From an uncultured Christensenellaceae bacterium (lineage in GTDB: Bacteria > Bacillota > Clostridia > Christensenellales > CALWSW01): 43,153 bases of DNA. The number at the start of each line of letters is the position of its first letter. The first letter of the stretch is position 1. Below, piece by piece: positions 9,391-15,972 of the stretch. Position numbers and translations under genes: made by a program. Below the pieces are notes generated by a model that saw only the letters and a list, made by a program, of their open reading frames with translations, made no database searches and had not been told where the DNA came from. The stretch spans positions 1 through 43,153 of the forward strand of contig CALWSW010000003.1 in assembly GCA_944384305.1 (NCBI GenBank), written 5' to 3'.

Positions 9391-9395
9391 GTGTA

Positions 9396-9908
9396 TTATT
9401 GGGGTTCCATCCTTTGCCTGATCGCTTTATAGATCTTCCGCTTAACGCGAGCTTGCTGAGTATCTTTCATTCGTTTCACAGCTCTTTTGAGCACAAAATG
9501 TCCTCTGACATATCCGCCCGGTGGACCGACATACATTCCTCCGGCAGGATCGCCACGATTGTATACAAAAGTATGTCCTGCCCAGTGTCCGGGTACGAAG
9601 TGACTTCGAAATCCATACTCAAGGTGCTTCGCGTAATCCAGGTTGTTATAGACGCGGATGAAGTAGCGGTTGCCGCTTTGCCTGGCTGTCTTATCCGACT
9701 TCCAGTTGCGCCGGTAGTCGCCGGTATTGACGATACCGGTCTTCCGGCGGCCGGGCTCGCTCAGATCGGTCGTGCAGATCTTGCGCGCCTGGCCAACGGC
9801 ATACATCCCCTCGCTCACAGCGATTTGGCCAATGATGTTGGGCGCGTCTTCTTGTAGCCGGGTCAATCTTTCGATATAATCCCGCAACTCCTTTGTGTTG
9901 ACCGCCAT
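9396..9908 (-). CDS. HK97 gp10-family neck/tail-completion protein
   Basis: MAVNTKEL...; VNTGDYRRNW, VYNNLDYAKHLEYG, GYVRGHFVLKRA motifs; ATG at 9908. Confidence 0.8.
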   Translation of the reverse strand: MAVNTKELRDYIERLTRLQEDAPNIIGQIAVSEGMYAVGQARKICTTDLSEPGRRKTGIVNTGDYRRNWKSDKTARQSGNRYFIRVYNNLDYAKHLEYGFRSHFVPGHWAGHTFVYNRGDPAGGMYVGPPGGYVRGHFVLKRAVKRMKDTQQARVKRKIYKAIRQRMEPQ

Positions 9909-9910
9909 AT

Positions 9911-10195
9911 TTATTCCTTTGTGGCCCGCGCCGCCGTCACGCCATCGAATGCGCCATTGGCGGCCAAACTCACCACCACGGCGTTGATGAACGCAAGCCC
10001 GGCCGTGGACCAGTTGAGTTCCCCCGCCACCGCCGCAGCGGCGATGAGCACAACGAGCGCCACAATGTAGCTGGTGATGCGGGTCGGGATCCGCTCGATC
10101 CACCCGATGCCCTTGATGAGCTGGGTGATGAGGGTGACGGCCAGCGTGGCGCCGGCGTAGGTGCCCAGGGCGCTCCAGGTGAAGAATTCTTCCAT
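9911..10195 (-). CDS. Holin-like membrane protein
   Basis: 94 aa, about 3 hydrophobic helices, ends LAANGAFD; in lysis module. Confidence 0.75.
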   Translation of the reverse strand: MEEFFTWSALGTYAGATLAVTLITQLIKGIGWIERIPTRITSYIVALVVLIAAAAVAGELNWSTAGLAFINAVVVSLAANGAFDGVTAARATKE

Positions 10196-10210
10196 ATTCG
10201 TTCTCCTTCC

Positions 10211-10525
10211 TTATTTAATCAAATGATCGGCGGCTTGTTCGTTCAAAAAATGATAGTACGCCTCTTTGGCGGTCTCGTAGTCTGCAACAGCCTCTTCCAC
10301 CTCACCATTGGGCTTGCCGCGCTTGATGGCCATAGCGCAGGCGTAGGAGAGCTTGGCGGCGGCCATGGTGACCTCTAAATTGAGGAGCGATTCCTGCTTG
10401 CGCGCGGCGGCGTGGGCCTCGCTGGCCCGGTCGCGCCGCTTTTGCGCCCTTTGGAGATAATACGCTGCGCACGATGCGATGACGCTGGGCAGCAGCCCTA
10501 GCAGAAATGCTGTTACTTCACTCAT
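10211..10525 (-). CDS. Lysis-module membrane protein (holin/antiholin-like)
   Basis: N-terminal TM helix then charged helical domain; between endolysin and holin. Confidence 0.6.
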   Translation of the reverse strand: MSEVTAFLLGLLPSVIASCAAYYLQRAQKRRDRASEAHAAARKQESLLNLEVTMAAAKLSYACAMAIKRGKPNGEVEEAVADYETAKEAYYHFLNEQAADHLIK

Positions 10526-10537
10526 CCCACCACCCCC

Positions 10538-12274
10538 TCAGTACTTCCAGCGGGCCTTCGTGCCCCGCACATCCACATGGACGATATAGCGTGCGCCGTA
10601 GCCCACGCCGCCGGAAACGTTCATTTTAAGGGCGATCTCTTCCAGGTGATCTCGGATTTCGGCGTCGGATACTCCGTCGCATTTGCCGAAGATATCCGCC
10701 GCGCGGCCGAATTTGTGCTGGGAGCCTGATGCCCCGCCCCGCTCTTTGTTCCACTGCTCGCAACGCTGGCCGCCGGCGATGGCGCCATCGCGCGTTGGTT
10801 CCGCACGGCAGGTCACGTACAGCCTCAGCCCAGGGTACTTCTTTTCTGCCTCCCGCCAGATGCGTTCGACCAGGAGGCGCACACCGGCGGTGCTGGCGTT
10901 GGGGTACCCGTCGCAGTACTTGTTGCACTGGCACTCCATGTCGGCCTCAGTCAAGCGCGGGGTGATGATCCCGCTTTTTAAGGCCGCCCAGGTCTTGGGC
11001 CCGGCAATGCCGTCCGCTGCAAGACCCATGGCCGCCTGGAACTGCTTCACCGCCTCTTTGGTCTTGGGGCCGTTCTTGCCGTCGATCTCCCCAACGATCG
11101 CCCCGAAGCCCCAGTCGGTCAGCGCCTGCTGCACGCCCTCGATGGTCTCCGGCCAATCGGTAGGGATGTCGGGGTCTGCAGGCTGCTCAGGCCCGTCGGG
11201 TGGCTCGGTGAGGTAGCTCGCCTTGATCCAGCCGCAGGTGCCGGTGCCGACCAGTGCCCGTTCGCCCTGGCGTTGCAATACCGTCACGATATCGCCATTA
11301 TAGAGGTAGCCGACCTTATCGCTCTTGGTATCAGCTTTGGCTCGTACGATGAGCGCATTACCCTCAGAGACGCCGGAGATCATCTTCTTTTCCTGCACTG
11401 GGTCCTCCTTCCCGTCATTCTTGTCGTTGCCGCCGTCATCCTCCCCAAAGTCATCCGGCAGCTCGACCCGTGGGATGAGGTGCAGCCCGGAGGGGCACTT
11501 GACCTCGGCAGGGGTGGCGTGGTCCATCAGGTAGGCGTAAGCATCGGCCTCGCTGATCTCCGGCCAGCGGGAGAGGATGAGGGCCATCATGCCGGCCACG
11601 GCCGGGGAGGCCATGCTGGTGCCGCTGAGCACGCGGTAGCCGCTCCCGGCGTTTTTGCAGCTGATTACACTGCTGCCGATGACGCAGCAGTCGGTGAGCG
11701 CTCCCCAGCAGGAAGAACTGTCGTTCATTTTCGAATTGCTTTTTAAATTTGCCACCACGATGGGGCTTTCATAGTCCGCCAGGGGCGATTTTTCGTCGGA
11801 ATCATTGCAGGCAGCCACTATAACCGGCACATTGCTGGCTACGAGATCATCTATCTCTGTCATAATGACCGGCCTGTCCGTTTCGCTGAGCGAGATATTG
11901 ACGACCAACCGCTTCTCGGGATGCTCGCTATGCCACGCTTTGATCTGCTGCAGCGCCTGGACAACGCTGCTGTTGCTCCCCGCGTTGGCAGCCCCATCCG
12001 TGACTTTGAGCGGCAATATTTCCGCGTCTGGTGCGATGCCGTACACTGCACCAGCAGCGATGCCCGCCACGTGCGTGCCGTGCCCGTAGGGGTTCACATC
12101 ATTGGTCGGCGTATTCCCGCGGATCGCCCAGCCATCTGTGCGCACGGACAAGTCCTCGTGCGGCCACACCCCTGTGTCGATCACCGCGATCACGACGCCC
12201 TTCCCCGTCACCCCGTGCTGGTGCCACTTTTCCGCCCCCGTAAACTCCCGGGGGATATTTCCACTCAGTGCCAT
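10538..12274 (-). CDS. S8 subtilase + SH3b + peptidoglycan-binding + peptidase M15A endolysin fusion
   Basis: S8 triad VIDTG / HGTHVAG / SGTSMASP; LIVRAKA..KVGYL..GD.V..GWIKASYL (SH3); VQQAL..G..DGKNGPKTKEAVKQFQ..GLAADGIAGPKTW (PG-binding); SQHKFGRAADI..HVDVR (M15 Zn ligands). Confidence 0.9.
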   Translation of the reverse strand: MALSGNIPREFTGAEKWHQHGVTGKGVVIAVIDTGVWPHEDLSVRTDGWAIRGNTPTNDVNPYGHGTHVAGIAAGAVYGIAPDAEILPLKVTDGAANAGSNSSVVQALQQIKAWHSEHPEKRLVVNISLSETDRPVIMTEIDDLVASNVPVIVAACNDSDEKSPLADYESPIVVANLKSNSKMNDSSSCWGALTDCCVIGSSVISCKNAGSGYRVLSGTSMASPAVAGMMALILSRWPEISEADAYAYLMDHATPAEVKCPSGLHLIPRVELPDDFGEDDGGNDKNDGKEDPVQEKKMISGVSEGNALIVRAKADTKSDKVGYLYNGDIVTVLQRQGERALVGTGTCGWIKASYLTEPPDGPEQPADPDIPTDWPETIEGVQQALTDWGFGAIVGEIDGKNGPKTKEAVKQFQAAMGLAADGIAGPKTWAALKSGIITPRLTEADMECQCNKYCDGYPNASTAGVRLLVERIWREAEKKYPGLRLYVTCRAEPTRDGAIAGGQRCEQWNKERGGASGSQHKFGRAADIFGKCDGVSDAEIRDHLEEIALKMNVSGGVGYGARYIVHVDVRGTKARWKY

Positions 12275-12289
12275 TGCCTTTCCTCCGTT

Positions 12290-13534
12290 TCAGTCTCCTG
12301 TGATCGCTCTGATCTCATCGGCCGTCAGGTTGAGCGGGAACTTTTTGCCCTCTCCATCCCGCTCATAGACCTGGTCCCAATAATAGGCGTTTGCCAGTAC
12401 CCGCGCTTTGTGCATGGGACAGATGTAGGTCGCGCGCCTGTTTGGAGTGCCAAAGACCTCGTAGTTGTGTGCGCTGCACCACGCGCAGCCCGAAGCCACG
12501 GGGCAGCAGAAGCACTCGTCTGTTGATTGCGACCGGCGGGTGATGCTTTCCAGCTCCGCGATCCTCTGCCGGTGCTCAGCCGTTGTGCCGATGCCCGTCC
12601 ATATGTCCCCGATCACATACGGCTCGCGAGAGACCGACATGGGCGTGTACCGCAGGCAGGGGTAGATCCTGCCGTCCACGTCGATGGCGAGCATTTTCCC
12701 CGTGCCGCCGCACCAGTTGCCGTTTTCTTCCGGCGGCAGAGGCTGCCCGATCCAATCGTCAAACAGTGTGTTGCGCAGCCCCGGATGTTCCAGCAGGTAA
12801 TCCGCCAGACGAAGCATTTCGCGGTACAGTACACGGGCGTGTTCCGGCTCCCATCCCTGCTCAAATACGCAATTGCAGAAGATCGTGTCCATGCCGAGGT
12901 TCTCATAAAGATTGACGGACGCTTCATACAGGTATTGCAGATTCCCCGGCGCCAGTGTGAACTTGGTGCTGTTTAGGCCGGCAGCTTTGACTGCAGCAGC
13001 GACGCGGTCATAGGTCGGCTGGCCATATAGATCGAATCTGCAGGCGTCGTGGCAGGCCTGGCAGCCATCCACCGTGATGTTGATGTTCAGCCGGCCGGCA
13101 TATTTAAGCAGCAGTTTCTGTACGGCAGGATCAAAGTAGTCCAAACCATTGCTGCAGATCGACATCATATACTGCGTTGCCCAGCGATGCTGTTTTTCGA
13201 GAGACGTCCGGAGAAAATAAGTCATGGTCTCGTCGATCAACCCTGTCTCAAGCAGCGGTTCCCCGCCGATGAAGTCCATGATCAGCCCGTGGGCGTCTTC
13301 GCCGTTGATCCATTGAGAGTGCCGGGCATCTTCTGCAAACAAAAAATCGACGGTTTGCTTTGCCGTCGAAAGACTCATCTTGTCATTGCTTTTGTGCGTC
13401 TCGTAACAATAAGCGCAGCGCATCGAGCAATCGTGCGTGACTACGAAGGTTACGGTTTTTACCCGTTTGTCCCGTCCGTACATGGCCAAATATTTATCCC
13501 CGAAGCCACCCAACGCAACACGGTCACTTTTCAT
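12290..13534 (-). CDS. Radical SAM/SPASM peptide maturase, CXXX-repeat target family
   Basis: CSMRCAYC, FIGGEPLL, SPASM NWCGGTGKML..DGRIYPCLRY..ECFCCPVASGCAWC..ICPMHKAR. Confidence 0.92.
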   Translation of the reverse strand: MKSDRVALGGFGDKYLAMYGRDKRVKTVTFVVTHDCSMRCAYCYETHKSNDKMSLSTAKQTVDFLFAEDARHSQWINGEDAHGLIMDFIGGEPLLETGLIDETMTYFLRTSLEKQHRWATQYMMSICSNGLDYFDPAVQKLLLKYAGRLNINITVDGCQACHDACRFDLYGQPTYDRVAAAVKAAGLNSTKFTLAPGNLQYLYEASVNLYENLGMDTIFCNCVFEQGWEPEHARVLYREMLRLADYLLEHPGLRNTLFDDWIGQPLPPEENGNWCGGTGKMLAIDVDGRIYPCLRYTPMSVSREPYVIGDIWTGIGTTAEHRQRIAELESITRRSQSTDECFCCPVASGCAWCSAHNYEVFGTPNRRATYICPMHKARVLANAYYWDQVYERDGEGKKFPLNLTADEIRAITGD

Positions 13535-13838
13535 ATGCGACGATCACCCCCTTGTAAAAATCCGGTGTGAAGAAAACATTGGGGTCATGTGCCCGATCCG
13601 GTGCTGCACGCTTGACGATCTCGTTGAGCGCAACCTGCCGCTCGGCAAACGCCTGCTGGTACTCGTCTCTGAGCTTGTTGTACACGGGGTCGATGGCAGC
13701 CGGTTCCACGAGACGGGACAGATTCGTGATCAGTACGCGCAAGCCGTCCGTTTCAAAACTGAGTTTTTCCAGGTAGGACATTTGGCTTTCGCCCACCTCG
13801 TATTCGGCTATTTTCTTTCTAAAGCGGTCACAGCTCAT
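13524..13838 (-). CDS. Small accessory protein of CXXX-repeat modification system (putative)
   Basis: 104 aa from ATG 13838, overlaps both neighbours by 11 nt; helical with C-terminal FFTPDFYKGVI. Size and position resemble the small partner of CXXX rSAM clusters. Confidence 0.6.
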   Translation of the reverse strand: MSCDRFRKKIAEYEVGESQMSYLEKLSFETDGLRVLITNLSRLVEPAAIDPVYNKLRDEYQQAFAERQVALNEIVKRAAPDRAHDPNVFFTPDFYKGVIVAYEK

Positions 13839-14385
13839 TGATGATGCGGTCCCCCAAATCCACGATGGTGCTATCCAGCGACTTGACGTAATCTGCGATT
13901 TCTTCGATTTCACTGAGATGGTTGGCTAACGCGTCGTTGGCCTTGCTCGCCAAAAGCAGGGTAAGGTAGGTCCGCCCTGCAATGTACCGTAAGATCGGGC
14001 TGCCTTCGTCCGTCGCGTAATACGTATAAAAGTTCGTGTCGTAGTTTTCCTTCGCGTAAAAATCCTGCAGCTTGCGCTGCGCCATCAGGGAAATAAATCC
14101 GTCAAACTCCGTCTGGTCGAATCTGCTGGCTACGGTCCCGAACATTGTGGTAAACACCGTTTTGAAGTCTGCCGTGAAGTTGCCGGCGATGTTTTTGAGC
14201 GCATTGTACGTGGCAAAGCCAAGGGCAAACACTTCGTGCTCGTCCCGTGCTGCGGCAAAACTTTCGATGGCGGACCGCAGCGGCTCGACAATGGCTTCCC
14301 ACCCTGGTCCTTCCGTGAGGCTCACAAGAAAATCGGCCAGGTGAAACACCTGGTCCGGCATCGAATTGATGAAGATATCGAACAT
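13828..14385 (-). CDS. Hypothetical helical protein within rSAM cassette
   Basis: 185 aa, AGGAGG SD, tightly packed between target and accessory gene. Confidence 0.75.
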   Translation of the reverse strand: MFDIFINSMPDQVFHLADFLVSLTEGPGWEAIVEPLRSAIESFAAARDEHEVFALGFATYNALKNIAGNFTADFKTVFTTMFGTVASRFDQTEFDGFISLMAQRKLQDFYAKENYDTNFYTYYATDEGSPILRYIAGRTYLTLLLASKANDALANHLSEIEEIADYVKSLDSTIVDLGDRIINEL

Positions 14386-14397
14386 GGCACCCTCCTA

Positions 14398-15015
14398 TCA
14401 AGTATCGCGATTGACACCAGAGCACGTGTAGCCGCACGCCAAGGAACAGGCTGTTTGACAGCTGCCTTCGCACGTACCGGTACAGCTGCGGCATCCTTGG
14501 CAGCCGTTCCGGCAAGAGTAGTCACAGGTTCCGGTGCAATCGTATTGGCAGGTGTTTCCGCACCCGCTGCAGCCATAACACCCCGTGGAACACGTGCCAG
14601 AGCACCCTTGGCAGCCGCCGGTACACGTGCCCGTGCAGGATGTGTCGCAGCTGGTGCTGCAAGTTGCGTAACAAGCGCCGGCGCAGTTGCCGTTGCAGTC
14701 GGTCGCAGTTTTGTTGTATAAATTCGTCCTCGCCGATAGTATGGTAACAAACGCCGTCATTTCGTCCAGATCTGTTTTGGAGACCGGGCGCGGCATGCCG
14801 GCATCGGGCACCTGCTCGCTGTTGGCGGCCTGCAGTGGGACTGCGTTCTTAGTATAATGCTCCTCATAGACCGGCTGGCCTTCCGCTGGTGTGTGAGCAT
14901 AATCGTAATCTGTGCCGCCATAAGTCGCCAGCGAATCCTGGTACTGCCGCCGCAGCATTTCCGCTTTTACCGCTGCTTTGAGGTTGATAAAATCATCTGG
15001 ATCGATCCTGGGCAA
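14398..15015 (-). CDS. Cys-rich CXXX-repeat protein (putative rSAM modification target)
   Basis: TTG start with GGAGGTG SD; 106 Cys-free residues then 25 Cys in CX3/CX2 spacing (residues 107-198). Confidence 0.88.
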   Translation of the reverse strand: MPRIDPDDFINLKAAVKAEMLRRQYQDSLATYGGTDYDYAHTPAEGQPVYEEHYTKNAVPLQAANSEQVPDAGMPRPVSKTDLDEMTAFVTILSARTNLYNKTATDCNGNCAGACYATCSTSCDTSCTGTCTGGCQGCSGTCSTGCYGCSGCGNTCQYDCTGTCDYSCRNGCQGCRSCTGTCEGSCQTACSLACGYTCSGVNRDT

Positions 15016-15027
15016 AGTTTCACCTCC

Positions 15028-15336
15028 TCACACCAGCACCAGCCGCCCGGCAAACGCTGCGCCGGCGGTCAGGGTCACGTCTCCTGCAGCGTTGATCTCT
15101 GCGGCCCAGTACACATCGGTGTAGGCGCCCCAGGATGTCGTATAGCTGTTGCTCTCAGTTTTTTGGTACACCGCCAGCACAAACGGCGGGGTCTTGCCGT
15201 GCGTCGCGGCAGGGACGCTCATCGTCACGCCGCTGGCCGATGAAGACCAATTGCTCGTTTCAAAATCCAGCGCATATGCTTTCAATGCCGGGTTGGGGGA
15301 CAGCGTGCTGTTGCCGCCCAGTAAAATGCCACTCAT
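15028..15336 (-). CDS. Small beta-rich tail-fibre-associated protein
   Basis: 102 aa; TGATG-coupled to upstream gene; in distal tail module. Confidence 0.65.
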   Translation of the reverse strand: MSGILLGGNSTLSPNPALKAYALDFETSNWSSSASGVTMSVPAATHGKTPPFVLAVYQKTESNSYTTSWGAYTDVYWAAEINAAGDVTLTAGAAFAGRLVLV

Positions 15337-15959
15337 CAGTCGATCACCTCCCGTGTGGCCGCGTCATAGGTCAGGCTACCACGTAAGATCATGGCTGGCC
15401 GGGTCAGCAATTCGTAGAGCAGCACGGGGTGACTGAGCTGCTCGCCAGACGCTCCTACCGAAATGATATGCACACTGTTGCCGATCACCGATTTCATGGG
15501 GGTGCGCGTACCATAGGGCAGCGCCTGCCCAAAGCGCTGCGCCACGCGCGCTGCGTCGTTTGCAAAGTAGGGGATGGCAGTACCCTCTACGGGCACACGG
15601 CTCTCGTCCACGAAACCGAGCTCGGTGGCGGACAAGAGAAAGCAGCGGCGAACAAGGGTCTTTTGCTCTTTGTGGAATTCGTCCCAGCAGGGGAGGGAGG
15701 CGGGCACGAGATTGACGCGCACCGAGTCCTGCAGGGTGTTTAGGTAGCCGTAGGACAGCCAGCGGTCGGGCGTGCTGCCTTCATACTCTGCGCTGGCGAA
15801 AAAATACGTGCAGGGCGCGAGCAGATCCCGGCGGATGACCAGGGTGTCGGCCTCGTTCGTGCCGTGCGTCCCCCTCGCGATCACCGTAAAATCCTGGAAC
15901 TCACCATTCTCCCTGATGCGGAGCGTCTCTCCAAGGGCCAAGCCGGATAATACCGCCAT
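15336..15959 (-). CDS. DUF6273-like tail/receptor-binding-associated protein
   Basis: ATG 15959 after AAGGAGGTG; LG..LRIRENG..DF.VI, TLVIRRD, RRCFLLSATELG, EGTAIPYF, TRTP..TRPAMIL pattern. Confidence 0.65.
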   Translation of the reverse strand: MAVLSGLALGETLRIRENGEFQDFTVIARGTHGTNEADTLVIRRDLLAPCTYFFASAEYEGSTPDRWLSYGYLNTLQDSVRVNLVPASLPCWDEFHKEQKTLVRRCFLLSATELGFVDESRVPVEGTAIPYFANDAARVAQRFGQALPYGTRTPMKSVIGNSVHIISVGASGEQLSHPVLLYELLTRPAMILRGSLTYDAATREVID

Positions 15960-15972
15960 GTTCGTCACCTCC

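Noticed and set aside
12290-13534. Anaerobic sulfatase maturase, NrdG or QueE-type housekeeping rSAM
   Set aside because: No sulfatase, NrdD or que genes nearby; the adjacent CXXX protein and SPASM pattern fit a peptide maturase better.
14420-14697. Possible CRISPR array or DNA tandem repeat
   Set aside because: The periodicity comes from Cys codons; there are no identical direct repeats with spacers and no cas genes.
14322-14750. Ala/Pro/Thr-rich 142-aa ORF overlapping the Cys array
   Set aside because: Alternate-frame by-product of the TGC-rich repeat; the Cys frame has the SD and the rSAM context.
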